A stretch of 27,610 nucleotides of DNA, from NCBI GenBank assembly GCA_037133055.1, contig JBAXOY010000032.1, positions 1-27,610 on the forward strand. The letters are read 5' to 3'. Numbering within the stretch: the stretch's first letter is position 1; each line of letters begins with the position of its first letter. The notes beneath the pieces are model-generated. The model saw nothing but the letters and a program-made list of their open reading frames with translations, made no database searches and had not been told where the DNA came from. Source of the stretch: Chlamydiota bacterium. GTDB taxonomy: Bacteria > Auribacterota > Tritonobacteria > UBA1439. A program made the translations under genes and the position numbers. Below, in pieces: positions 16,231 to 25,506 of the stretch.

Positions 16231-17900
16231 AGGGCGACCTCCTGCCAGTAGATGAGGTCGAACATGTTGGTGGGGGGGAAGTACGGAGGGGGAAAATAGA
16301 GGACCCTTCGGTCGTAGATATAGTTCTTGGAGTAGCCGGACGTCTTGGTCGGCTGTCCGGTGATGTCCCCGCTGAAACTCCCCACTGCGCCCCTCTGTTT
16401 CTGGATGAGGCCGCCGACGATCATCAGCGTCCCCTGTATATCGCCGTCGTTGTAATTTTCGACCCGGAAGCTCCCGGTGCCGGTCCCTGTTCTGTCCGCG
16501 GTCCCCAGGGCCATGACGGTCCCGGATATTTTCCGGTTGACGCCGGTTCCCCCGGTGTCCTGGACGACCACGTCGCCCTTCGCGACGAGACCGAGCGTGT
16601 CGGTCGACTCGGGCTGGTTGTAGCCGGTCGTGTCGGCGGTCCCGTCCCCGTTGTCGTCCGTGTCGTCCGGCTTCTCGCCGTTAAGGGTGAAAAGCCCGTC
16701 GCCGTTCCGGTCGAACCCGGGGTCGTTTATGCCGTCGCCGTCCGCATCGCTCAGGAGCCCGTCGCCGTCATAGTCGACCGGGTCGACGCGGTAGAGGATG
16801 TCCCCCGTCACGACCAGGTCCCCCTTCGTGAGGATGGTGAGCTGACCGGCGAGCGTCCCGGACACCTCCGCCGCGCCGTTTACGTACACGACCGCCTTGC
16901 CCGAGGGGCTGTTCTCGGAATCGAACACGTCCGCGTTCATCTGCGTCCCGGGGAGCGGGTACGACTCCTTACGGTAGGAGGTGTGATAGATTGTGTGTTC
17001 GTCGTTCCATCCGGACCAGGTGTCCGTTTTCATCTGCACGTAGGTGAGCTTCCCGACGTTTCCCGCGCCGACGGCGAGCGTGATCCTTGTGTCCGTGTTG
17101 ATAATGAGCCCCCGCGCGCCCGCCGCCGCCGTCTGGATGTCGGTCGTGTCGGTCGGGTAGTAGACGCTTGTGGCCGACAGTTCATATCCGTCCCTGAAAA
17201 GGGGGACGTCCCTGGTCCCATTATGGTCGCTGGTGGAGGGGACCGAACTGCCGTTGTTGTAGAAGTAGAACTGGCTCCCGACGGAGGTAGTCTTGCCCCA
17301 GTAATCCGGTCTGCCGGCTATGTGGAACGATCCGTTGGTGTGCACGAGCCCGAGCAGCGCGTCGGTGGTGATGAACCAGATGGCGGGCTCGCTATCGGTG
17401 AAATAGGCGTAGCGGGCGAAGCTCCCGAGGCTCGCCTTCACGATGATTTTCCTCCCCACCTCGTCCCCGCTGCCCGCCGTGCCGTCGGGGTCGGCGGTCC
17501 CGACGGAGCTGATGGTGTAGATGGGGATCGACCACGACCCGAGGGCGACGTTGATCGAGGTGGTGTACGACCCGGCGCCGAACGGCACGGAGCTCGCGCC
17601 GATCACCGTCGATGCGGGGATCGTGCCCGCCGTCCTGATGACGGCGCTCCGCAGGTTCGCCTGGGCGGAGAGGTACTCCTTGGCGTGCTCCACGCCGGCC
17701 TCGGCAAGATAGAACGCCGCGGTGTGGTTGATCTTGCGATGGGTCAGCTTGCTGTCTGTGATGACCGCGGCGAGCCATCCCCCGACGATGCGGTGGGGGC
17801 TGTTTCCGGACGGCCAGCCGATGACGACGGCGGTCATGATGAACATCAGGCACATCACCACCAGAAACAAGCTTCCCCGTTGATTCCGATCTGTTCTCAT
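16227..17900 (-). CDS. Large PilX-like minor pilin with acidic DxDxDG insert
   Basis: MRTDRNQRG|SLFLVVM pilin-like N-terminus lacking Glu5, AFYLAEAGVE, YTISSVG, VHTNG, GGLIQKQRG, GYSKNYIYDRR...PPPYFP. Resembles PilX N-terminal/DUF4900-type proteins. Confidence 0.8.
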   Translation of the reverse strand: MRTDRNQRGSLFLVVMCLMFIMTAVVIGWPSGNSPHRIVGGWLAAVITDSKLTHRKINHTAAFYLAEAGVEHAKEYLSAQANLRSAVIRTAGTIPASTVIGASSVPFGAGSYTTSINVALGSWSIPIYTISSVGTADPDGTAGSGDEVGRKIIVKASLGSFARYAYFTDSEPAIWFITTDALLGLVHTNGSFHIAGRPDYWGKTTSVGSQFYFYNNGSSVPSTSDHNGTRDVPLFRDGYELSATSVYYPTDTTDIQTAAAGARGLIINTDTRITLAVGAGNVGKLTYVQMKTDTWSGWNDEHTIYHTSYRKESYPLPGTQMNADVFDSENSPSGKAVVYVNGAAEVSGTLAGQLTILTKGDLVVTGDILYRVDPVDYDGDGLLSDADGDGINDPGFDRNGDGLFTLNGEKPDDTDDNGDGTADTTGYNQPESTDTLGLVAKGDVVVQDTGGTGVNRKISGTVMALGTADRTGTGTGSFRVENYNDGDIQGTLMIVGGLIQKQRGAVGSFSGDITGQPTKTSGYSKNYIYDRRVLYFPPPYFPPTNMFDLIYWQEVAL

Positions 17901-17904
17901 GGCG

Positions 17905-18729
17905 TCAATTGTTCCTCGGAAAGACCTCGAGTGCGAAGTCGAGGCCCGGTTCGGACGGCTCGCGACGGTTATTGTTGTTCTTGTCCTCGTAGCATTTGAA
18001 GGAGAGCACGACGCGGTCGAATCGGTAGGTGCCGCTCGGCGTGCCGCTCGGCGTGGGCGTCGGCGCGCTCGGCGTCGGGGTGCGGTATCCGCCGCTCGGT
18101 GTGGGCGTCGGCGCGCTCGGCGTGGGCGTTGGCGCGTGGGAGAGCACCTGAAAGAGGTTCACCCCCGCGTTTTTTTCGACGTACCAGAGGATGCGCTCGT
18201 CGGTCGCGACGTTGGGAACCCCGTCCGCGTTGAGGTAGATCGAGATCCCGTTTAGATAATATGAGAGCTTTATGAAGACGATCCCGGCGGACTCGTGGGA
18301 GGCGGCGGTCGTCCCCCCATAGCCCCGGGTGCAGGAGAGGAGGTTCTGCGCGTCCTTGGCGCCGTAGCGTATCTTCTCGGAATCGATATATGCCACTCCG
18401 GAGTTGGGGAGCACGCCTGTGCTGTCGACCGGGATGGTGGTCGCCGAGGAGGTGAGGTTCCCGCGGAGAGTGGTGGCCGGGATCGTCGCGTCGAGGCGGT
18501 CGCCCCCCGACTGCACTGCGATGGTTTCGGCCGCGCTGACGCCGGAGGCGATGCGCTCGATTCCGTACCGGGCACGCCCCTGGATGTTCATCTGCATGGA
18601 GCCGTCGCGGAAAAGGCGGGAGAAAACGAAGAAGAGAGAGAGGATGCCTCCTATGAGAATCACCGAGATGGCCGATACCGTGATCAGTTCGACGAAGGAG
18701 AAGCCGCGCCGGGTCTTCGACGGTCTCAT
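17905..18729 (-). CDS. PilW-like prepilin-type protein
   Basis: MRPSKTRRG|FSFVELITVSAISVILIGGIL class III signal (G|F, E5). Lies between pilV-like and pilX-like genes. Confidence 0.82.
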   Translation of the reverse strand: MRPSKTRRGFSFVELITVSAISVILIGGILSLFFVFSRLFRDGSMQMNIQGRARYGIERIASGVSAAETIAVQSGGDRLDATIPATTLRGNLTSSATTIPVDSTGVLPNSGVAYIDSEKIRYGAKDAQNLLSCTRGYGGTTAASHESAGIVFIKLSYYLNGISIYLNADGVPNVATDERILWYVEKNAGVNLFQVLSHAPTPTPSAPTPTPSGGYRTPTPSAPTPTPSGTPSGTYRFDRVVLSFKCYEDKNNNNRREPSEPGLDFALEVFPRNN

Positions 18730-18740
18730 TGTCCCGCACC

Positions 18741-19163
18741 TCAGGTCACGTTGTTCTTGCTGACGATCGTGTTCAGCGACACGGAATGCGCGCGCTTCTG
18801 CTCAGTCCACCGCACGGTGACGGCGATGTTTTTCCGCGTGGTCCCCGACGGGTTCGTCACCACGACGGTGATGGTCGCCAGGGGTTTGCCCGTGGCCGAG
18901 TCGAGGGCGACATTGTTTTCGTTGTAGGCGCTGGCGGTCGTGGAGATGGAGGAGTACTGGATGTTCATCACGTTTTCGATTTTCTTGCGGGCGAGGTTGA
19001 GGGCGGTGATTTTGTGCGCGTTGACCTTGAGAACGCCGAAGGCGAACAGCATCGCGCCCAGGAGCGCCGGGATACAGACGGCGACAACCCCGGCGCTCAC
19101 AAGCACTTCCATGAGCGTCATCCCGCATTCCGAAGGGCGGGCACGGCGTAGAGCGCGGTTCAT
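18741..19163 (-). CDS. PilV-like prepilin-type protein
   Basis: MNRALRRARPSECG|MTLMEVLVSAGVV class III signal, ALNLARKKIE, KNIAVTVRW. GGAGGGG RBS upstream of ATG 19163. Confidence 0.85.
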   Translation of the reverse strand: MNRALRRARPSECGMTLMEVLVSAGVVAVCIPALLGAMLFAFGVLKVNAHKITALNLARKKIENVMNIQYSSISTTASAYNENNVALDSATGKPLATITVVVTNPSGTTRKNIAVTVRWTEQKRAHSVSLNTIVSKNNVT

Positions 19164-19193
19164 GAAACCCCCTCCACTCAGTAGTAATAGCAC

Positions 19194-19292
19194 GCAGCCG
19201 GCCGCCTGTCAATGGCGGTCCGGAAGCCTTTACTTTAGTGAAGTTATAGGCTATATACTATTATACCATAGCTCCCGGAGAAGGGGTGTCAG
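19194..19292. promoter_or_regulatory. Divergent promoter region (pilin operon / beta-propeller gene)
   Basis: Sharp AT-rich patch at ~19229-19270 with -10-like hexamers on both strands (TATACT on +, TATAAT on -). Confidence 0.55.
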
Positions 19293-22200
19293 ATGAAGCG
19301 ATCCCTTGCGTTCATCCCCATGATTATTTGTGCGCTCATGTCCGAAAGCGCCGCACAGCTCGCGACCGGATCCTGGCCCATGTTCCGGCGCACGGCGACC
19401 CATCCCGGCCGGAGCGACGTGAGCGGCCCGGCCACCGGCACTCTGGCGTGGAGCTATTACGCCGGAGACAATGTCTATTCATCCCCCTCGCTCGGCCCGG
19501 GCGAAACGGTGTATGTCGGGTCTTACGATACCATGCTCTATGCGTACACCTCATCCGGAAACCTCGCGTGGAGTTATGCGGCGGGAGCGGGCATGGGGTC
19601 CTCCCCGGCGATCGACAGCGCGGGACGGGTTTTCATAGGTTCCGACGACTTTACGCTGTATGCGATCGGCTCCGGGGGCGCGCTTTTCTGGAGCTACGCG
19701 ACGGACGGGTATATCATTTCCTCTCCCGCCATCGCGGCGGACGGGAGCATATACGTCGGCTCGATCGACTATCGTGTGTATGCGTATACCTCGGCCGGGG
19801 GGCTTGCGTGGAGCTACGAAACGGCCGGTACGGTTGAGTCCTCCCCCGCGCTCGGGCCGGGTGAAACGGTGTATGTCGGGTCTCTCGATACTGTGTTCTA
19901 CGCGTATACCTCATCCGGAAACCTCGCGTGGAGTTATGCGGCGGGAGCGGGTATAGCGTCTTCCCCCGCCCTTGGTTCGAACGGCGAAACTTATTTCGGA
20001 TCGCTCGACTACGCGGTGCACGTCCTTGACTCCGGCGGCGCGCTCGCGTGGAGCTTCGTCACCGGTGGAGAGGTCCGCTCATCGCCCGCGATCGGACAGG
20101 ACGGCTCGATAGCCGTGGGATCGGATGACTTCAGTCTCTATGCGTTGGATTCTGCGGGGGGTTTTCTATGGAGCTATGTTACGGGATCGCTCGTCGGTTC
20201 CTCTCCCGCCGTGGACTCCGACGGGCGGGTCTATGCGGGCTCGTTCGATGAGGTCCTCTATTCTTTAACGTCTTCGGGGGCCATGGCGTGGAGCTGGACG
20301 ACGGTGGGCGCAGTGAGATCATCCCCCGCCATAGGATCGGACGGTCGCGTCTATTTGGGCTCCAACGACTTCGGGCTCTATGTTTTCCAAGGGCCCCCGA
20401 CGCCGACCCCGACCCCGACGGGGCCCACGCCGACGCCGACCGGGACCCCGACCATCACGCCGACGCCGACGATCACCACCACGCCGACAATCACGCCGAC
20501 GCCGACCGAGACCCCGACCATCACATCGACGCCGACCATCACGCCGACGCCGACGATCACAAATACACCGACCATCACCCCGACCCCCTATACCGCGTGG
20601 CCGATGTTCCACTTCAATGCCGCGCACACGGGGCGGAGCCATCTCGCGGGCCCGGTGCCCGCGAGGCTCGCCTGGAGCTACGACGCGGGGACGGGAGCCG
20701 GTTTCACGTCCTCCCCCTCGATAGGTATCGGGCATGCCGTGTACGCCGGGACGCAGGACGGGATGCTGTACGCGTTGGACTCCGCGGGCGCGCTGTACTG
20801 GAGCTACAAGGCGGCGTCCAACCCGGTCGATGCCTCGCCCGCGATAGACACGGGGGAAAACGTGTATTTCGGCACCGCGGGCCTGGCAGGAGTGCTCTAC
20901 TCGCTGACGCAGGCGGGGGCGTTGCGGTGGAGCTACACGGGACACCTTGGTTTTGTCTCCCCGACGCTCGACAGCGCGGGGGGGGTGTATATAGGGTCCC
21001 AAAGCAACAACCTCTATGCCATGACGGGGGCCGGCGCGCTCCGGTGGAGCTACGCGTCCGGCAGCAACATCGAGTCGTGCCCCGCCATCGGAAGCGGCGG
21101 CGCCGTCTACGCGGGCTCGTACGACAAAAATATGTATGCGATCGCCTCCTCCGGCGCGCTTGCGTGGAGCTATCGGACGGGCAACCTGATAGCGGGTTCA
21201 GCGTCTGTGAGCGGCGACGAGCATGTATATGCGGGCTCGACGGACAACGCCCTCTATGCCCTCGTCTCCGGGGGAAAGCTCTTCTGGAGCTACCGGACCG
21301 GCGACGATGTGAACAGCTGCGCCGCGGTGGGCAGCGACGGCGCGCTCTACTCGGGGAGCAACGACTACCGGCTGCGGGCGCTGTCATCGGCGGGAACGTT
21401 CATGTGGAGCTATGACGCCGCCGGCGATGTGGCGTCCTCCCCGGCGCTTGATCGCGACGGAAGGGTCTTCTTCGGGTCGCGCTACCAGAACGTGTTTTCG
21501 CTCTCCTCCTCGGGATCGCTGCTCTGGAGCTACGCCATCCCCGGAACGATAGGATCGAGCTCCGTCGCGATCGGCGAGGACACGAAGCTCTTCATCGGCT
21601 CGCTCGACAATCATCTCTACTGCCTTGAGTTCGCGCCCTCGCCCACGCCGACCGGGACGCCGACGATCACCCCGACGCCGACCATCACCCCGACTCCCAC
21701 GATCACGCCGACACCTACGAATACGCCCACGGTCACCCCGACCCGCACGCCGACAGGAACTCCCACGCGGACCCCGACCATCACCCCGACGCCGACGATG
21801 TCTCCTACGTCGACATCTTCGGCTACGCCTACGGATACGCCGACGATCACCTCGACGCCCACGATTACGCCCACGCAGATGTCTCCTACGTCGACACCTT
21901 CGCCTACGGCTCCGGCACCCACGGATACGCCGACCCGCACGCCGACAGGAACTCCCACGCGGACCCCGACCTTCACCCCGACGCCGACGGATACCCCGAC
22001 CATCACCCAGACGCCGACGATGTCTCCTACATCGACGCCGACCGGGACGCCCACGATTACGCCCACGCAGATGTCTCCTACGTCGACACCTTCGCCTACG
22101 GCTCCGGCACCCACGGATACGCCGACCCGCACGCCGACAGGAACTCCCACGCGGACCCCGACCATCACCCCGACTCCGACGATGTCTCCTACGTCGACAC

Positions 22201-22886
22201 CTTCGCCTACGGCTCCGGCACCCACGGACACGCCGACCCGCACGCCGACAGGAACTCCCACGCGGACCCCGACGATCACCCCGACGCCAACCAATACGCC
22301 GACGATGTCTCCCACATCGACGCCGACCGGGACGCCCACGATCACGCCCACGCAGATGTCTCCTACGTCGACACCTTCGCCTACGGCTCCGGCACCCACG
22401 GATACGCCGACCCGCACGCCGACAGGAACTCCCACGCGGACCCCGACCCATACCCCCCCGCCGCCCCCGACCTTCACCCCGACGGTCACCCCAACGACCG
22501 TGCCCACGCTCTTCCTCATCCCCGGGCCGCTCAGGGCGGGGCAGAAGTTCGCGCTCGATCTCGCCTTGAACCGCTCGCTCACCCGCACATTTGATTTTTA
22601 CCTCTTCGCGGACACGATGTTCGGGATCTACACAATCACCCTTGACGGCGCGATCACGCCGGGCCTGAACGCGCTCTACAGGAACGTGCCGGGCTATCCC
22701 GCGCCGTATTTCGCCCCTATTCGGCCCGGCGCGATCATCCCGTCGTCGATGGCGGGATCGACGGTGACTTTCTACGCGGTCGCGGTCGACGCCGGGAAGA
22801 TGCCCCCGGTCTCGGACCCCTCGCAGCTCACCCCATCCACGCCCAACGTCATCGCCATGGACAAGAAATCCGCCGTGGTACAGTGA
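19293..22886 (+). CDS. Secreted PQQ-like/BamB-like double beta-propeller protein with Thr/Pro linkers
   Basis: Signal peptide [21 protein letters not shown]. Two domains each start WPMF...H.GRS and contain eight ~40-aa LxWSY...SSPA...vyvGS.D..LYA blades. T/P linkers at ~20395-20590 and ~21634-22510, then a ~125-aa C-terminal domain. Confidence 0.9.
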   Translation: MKRSLAFIPMIICALMSESAAQLATGSWPMFRRTATHPGRSDVSGPATGTLAWSYYAGDNVYSSPSLGPGETVYVGSYDTMLYAYTSSGNLAWSYAAGAGMGSSPAIDSAGRVFIGSDDFTLYAIGSGGALFWSYATDGYIISSPAIAADGSIYVGSIDYRVYAYTSAGGLAWSYETAGTVESSPALGPGETVYVGSLDTVFYAYTSSGNLAWSYAAGAGIASSPALGSNGETYFGSLDYAVHVLDSGGALAWSFVTGGEVRSSPAIGQDGSIAVGSDDFSLYALDSAGGFLWSYVTGSLVGSSPAVDSDGRVYAGSFDEVLYSLTSSGAMAWSWTTVGAVRSSPAIGSDGRVYLGSNDFGLYVFQGPPTPTPTPTGPTPTPTGTPTITPTPTITTTPTITPTPTETPTITSTPTITPTPTITNTPTITPTPYTAWPMFHFNAAHTGRSHLAGPVPARLAWSYDAGTGAGFTSSPSIGIGHAVYAGTQDGMLYALDSAGALYWSYKAASNPVDASPAIDTGENVYFGTAGLAGVLYSLTQAGALRWSYTGHLGFVSPTLDSAGGVYIGSQSNNLYAMTGAGALRWSYASGSNIESCPAIGSGGAVYAGSYDKNMYAIASSGALAWSYRTGNLIAGSASVSGDEHVYAGSTDNALYALVSGGKLFWSYRTGDDVNSCAAVGSDGALYSGSNDYRLRALSSAGTFMWSYDAAGDVASSPALDRDGRVFFGSRYQNVFSLSSSGSLLWSYAIPGTIGSSSVAIGEDTKLFIGSLDNHLYCLEFAPSPTPTGTPTITPTPTITPTPTITPTPTNTPTVTPTRTPTGTPTRTPTITPTPTMSPTSTSSATPTDTPTITSTPTITPTQMSPTSTPSPTAPAPTDTPTRTPTGTPTRTPTFTPTPTDTPTITQTPTMSPTSTPTGTPTITPTQMSPTSTPSPTAPAPTDTPTRTPTGTPTRTPTITPTPTMSPTSTPSPTAPAPTDTPTRTPTGTPTRTPTITPTPTNTPTMSPTSTPTGTPTITPTQMSPTSTPSPTAPAPTDTPTRTPTGTPTRTPTHTPPPPPTFTPTVTPTTVPTLFLIPGPLRAGQKFALDLALNRSLTRTFDFYLFADTMFGIYTITLDGAITPGLNALYRNVPGYPAPYFAPIRPGAIIPSSMAGSTVTFYAVAVDAGKMPPVSDPSQLTPSTPNVIAMDKKSAVVQ
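21634..22510 (+). repeat. Coding Thr/Pro-rich repeat array
   Basis: A ~90-bp block starting ATGTCTCCTACGTCGACACCTTCGCCTACGGCTCCGGCACCCACGGA is near-identical at 21879, 22071, 22182 and 22356, embedded in TPT micro-repeats. Confidence 0.92.
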
Positions 22887-22928
22887 CGGCAGCCCGTTAC
22901 GCGGCTGAATGAGTCCCCCCGGAGGGGA

Positions 22929-22957
22929 TTTACTTGCGCCGCGCGAGGTGCTATAGT
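22929..22957 (+). promoter_or_regulatory. Candidate sigma70 promoter of the def operon
   Basis: TTTACT-17 bp-TATAGT with TG extended -10 (TGCTATAGT). Confidence 0.6.
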
Positions 22958-23022
22958 TGCGCCTGGTTCATCCCCTTACCCGCATGTCGCGGGCGGCGGG
23001 TTTCCCCCGGAAGGAAACACCC

Positions 23023-23538
23023 ATGCTGATGGACGTGCTGCTTTTCGGCGACGAGACACTTCGGAAGAAGGCGGGCGAGGTGCCCGCCGTCACGCCGGAT
23101 ATCCGGAAGCTCGCCGAAGACATGCTCGAAACGATGTACTACCACGAGGGCCTCGGGCTCGCCGCCCCGCAGGTGGGGGTGTCGCTCCGGCTCTGCGTGA
23201 TGGACGTTCACCGCGAGGGCTGCGGCAAGATAATCCTCATCAATCCCATCATCCGCGAGTGCGGCGCGGCGGAAACCGTGGAGGAGGGGTGCCTCAGCTT
23301 CCCGGAGATCAGGGCTTCCGTCGCGCGGGCGGTCGAGGTCACGGTGGAATTCATCGACCTCTCGGGGAAGAGGAAGTCGAAGAAGGTCTCCGGGCTCACC
23401 GCGCAGGCCGTGCAGCACGAGCTCGACCATTTGGACGGCGTGTTGCTCGTCGACAGGATGGGCAGGGCGCGCCGGGCGATGCTCGCGGCGAGGCTGCGCG
23501 CGCTCAAAAAGCGCGGCGAGAAGGGGGAGCATCGATGA
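23023..23538 (+). CDS. def: Peptide deformylase
   Basis: GLGLAAPQVG, EEGCLSFP, QHELDHLDG. AAGGA RBS before ATG 23023. Confidence 0.96.
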   Translation: MLMDVLLFGDETLRKKAGEVPAVTPDIRKLAEDMLETMYYHEGLGLAAPQVGVSLRLCVMDVHREGCGKIILINPIIRECGAAETVEEGCLSFPEIRASVARAVEVTVEFIDLSGKRKSKKVSGLTAQAVQHELDHLDGVLLVDRMGRARRAMLAARLRALKKRGEKGEHR

Positions 23539-24506
23539 GGGTCCTCGTCACGGGCGGCGCCGGCTACATCGGCAGCGTCACGGTCGCCGCGCTTCTCGAG
23601 AGCGGCCACGAGGTCGCCGTCTACGACAGTCTGGTGAAGGGGCACCGCGGGGCGGTGGCGCCCGGCGCCCGTCTGGTCGTCGGCGACCTCGCCGACGGGG
23701 GGAATATAGAGAAAGCGCTCCGCGCCCACCGCGCGGAGGCGGTGATACACTTCGCCGCCTACAGCCTGGTCGGAGAATCGGTGGAGCAGCCGGCGCGCTA
23801 CTTTCTGAACAACGTCTCGAACAGCCTCACGCTCCTCGAGGCGATGCGCGCGGCCGGCGCGGGCAGGATCGTTTTCTCCTCCTCCGCGGCGGTCTACGGC
23901 TCGCCCCGGCGCATGCCGATCTCCGAGGACGATCCCGCGGAACCCATCAACCCCTACGGCGAGTCGAAACTGTATGTCGAGAAGATGCTCCACCGCTACC
24001 ATTGCGCGTACGGCGCGGAATGCGTCTCGCTCAGGTATTTCAACGCGGCGGGGGCGAGCCGCGACTACGGGGAGGACCACGACCCCGAGACGCACCTCAT
24101 CCCGATGGTCCTCAGGGTCGCGTCGGGGAAGATAAAGGGCGTCAGGGTGTTCGGCGGCGACTACGAGACCCCCGACGGGACCTGCGTGCGCGACTACGTG
24201 GATGTGCGGGATCTCGCCGCCGCGCACATCCTCGCGCTCGGCTGCCGCGGGGAGCATACCTACAACCTCGGTGACGGGAGGGGGTTCTCCGTGCGCGAGG
24301 TGGTGGAGGCCGCGCGGCGGGTCACGGGGCGGGAGATCGCGGAGGAGATGGGGCCGCGCCGCCCGGGCGACCCCGCCGTGCTCATCGCCGGCGCGGACCG
24401 GATACGGGGCGAGCTCGGATGGGAGCCCCGCAGGACCGGCCTCGACGAGATCATCGGGAGCGCGTGGGAGTGGATGCGGAGATATCCGGAAGGATATATC
24501 GATTAA
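23535..24506 (+). CDS. galE: UDP-glucose 4-epimerase
   Basis: MRVLVTGGAGYIGS, HFAAYSLVGES, FSSSAAVYG, PYGESK (YxxxK), LRYFNAAGA, DGTCVRDYV. ATGA overlap with def. Confidence 0.95.
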   Translation: MRVLVTGGAGYIGSVTVAALLESGHEVAVYDSLVKGHRGAVAPGARLVVGDLADGGNIEKALRAHRAEAVIHFAAYSLVGESVEQPARYFLNNVSNSLTLLEAMRAAGAGRIVFSSSAAVYGSPRRMPISEDDPAEPINPYGESKLYVEKMLHRYHCAYGAECVSLRYFNAAGASRDYGEDHDPETHLIPMVLRVASGKIKGVRVFGGDYETPDGTCVRDYVDVRDLAAAHILALGCRGEHTYNLGDGRGFSVREVVEAARRVTGREIAEEMGPRRPGDPAVLIAGADRIRGELGWEPRRTGLDEIIGSAWEWMRRYPEGYID

Positions 24507-24511
24507 TAAGG

Positions 24512-24698
24512 GTAACTGCTCAGGAGCCAGAATCCAGGAGTCAGGAGCCAGGAGTTGGAATGAGTACGCCGGCAGCGTGGGATATCGCGATGGTTCCGAG
24601 TTTCTGCAGTTACTCGAAGAGGTCAGCGAGTTACTGGAAGCGTATTCGCGATCCATTCTGGATTCCGGCTCCTGACTTCTGACTACCTGAGTAGTTAC
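24512..24698. mobile_element. MITE-like element with 13-bp TIR, 7-bp-period subterminal repeats and putative 3-bp target duplication
   Basis: GTAACTGCTCAGG (24512-24524) and CCTGAGTAGTTAC (24686-24698) are inverted with 1 mismatch. AGG lies at both 24509-24511 and 24699-24701. Inner arms AGCCAGA-ATCCAGG-AGTCAGG-AGCCAGG have complementary TCTGGAT-TCCGGCT-CCTGACT-TCTGACT. Confidence 0.7.
24560..24675 (+). pseudogene. Internally deleted four-helix-bundle protein gene remnant
   Basis: GGAG plus ATG 24560 gives MSTPAA. A different frame then reads GYRDGSEFLQLLEEVSELLEAYSRSILDSGS* (24580-24675), which resembles the C-terminal helix of four-helix-bundle (23S rRNA IVP-like) proteins as recalled, not searched. 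Confidence 0.65.
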
Positions 24699-24717
24699 AG
24701 GTAAGAGGTACGTCTCC

Positions 24718-25506
24718 ATGGCCCGCAGATTCGGACAGTTCTTCTCTGACGTCTGGAGGAGCGCGTCGGACATGCGCTTCTACGGCGAGGTGGCCGCCAT
24801 GCCGTTCGGGGCGGCGTTTCGGCATCTCCTGAAGGTCGCCGCCGCGCTCGGGGTTGTCCTCGCGGTGATGCTCGTGGTGCAACTGGTGTTCCTCAACGGC
24901 GTCTGGCGCTGGTGCATGGAGAATCTCCCCGTGATCACGATCAGGAACGGGGTGGCGAGCGCGGAGGTCCCGCAGCCGAAGGTTATCGAGCGCGCGGTGA
25001 ACGCCAAGGAGTCGTTCGCGGTGATCATCGACACGACGGGCGCCACGGCGGGGGTCGATCCGAAGTACACGGGGGGCGTTCTCGTGAAGAAGAAGAGCGT
25101 CGTGATCAGGGTCGGCGAAACGGTCTTCTCCCGCGACTATCTCGACCGGGCCTCGTTTACCGTCGACCGCGCCTATTTCAAGAGGCTCATCGTCCGCCCG
25201 CCATGGATCGCGCTCATCGCGGCGGGGATATTCCCCGGGGTGCTGGTCGCCCTCTTCATCCAGTCCGCAGCCGCGGCGGCGCCCGCCGCGCTCGTCTCCC
25301 GGATCCGCGGCGCGGGGTGCCCGTTCCGGGCGGTGCTCCAGATGAGCTTCTACGCCGCCGCGCTCGCGGTCTGCTTCCTCTTCGCCGTGGTGCTCGTGGG
25401 GGTGCGCCTGAGCCCCCTCGCCCTCCTCTCCCTGTATGCGTTCGTCCATGTCGCGTTCCTCATCGGCGCCGTCCTCTCGGCCGGAGGGGGCGCTCGTGCG
25501 GCGTGA
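24718..25506 (+). CDS. Integral membrane protein, DUF1189-like
   Basis: N-terminal TM, soluble loop (LPVITIRNG...IIDTTG), and three to four C-terminal TM helices. Confidence 0.6.
   Translation: MARRFGQFFSDVWRSASDMRFYGEVAAMPFGAAFRHLLKVAAALGVVLAVMLVVQLVFLNGVWRWCMENLPVITIRNGVASAEVPQPKVIERAVNAKESFAVIIDTTGATAGVDPKYTGGVLVKKKSVVIRVGETVFSRDYLDRASFTVDRAYFKRLIVRPPWIALIAAGIFPGVLVALFIQSAAAAAPAALVSRIRGAGCPFRAVLQMSFYAAALAVCFLFAVVLVGVRLSPLALLSLYAFVHVAFLIGAVLSAGGGARAA

Noticed and set aside
21617..22588. Val/Gly-rich minus-strand ORF
   Set aside because: It is the antisense of the Thr/Pro linker.
19293..22886. PQQ-dependent dehydrogenase or DGR target
   Set aside because: Only generic propeller blades are present, without recognisable quinoprotein catalytic features. 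The duplicated blades do not differ specifically at adenines, and there is no reverse transcriptase.
22911..22933. Intrinsic terminator after the propeller gene
   Set aside because: The stem is short and imperfect with a minimal U-tract, and it overlaps the def -35 candidate; support is insufficient.
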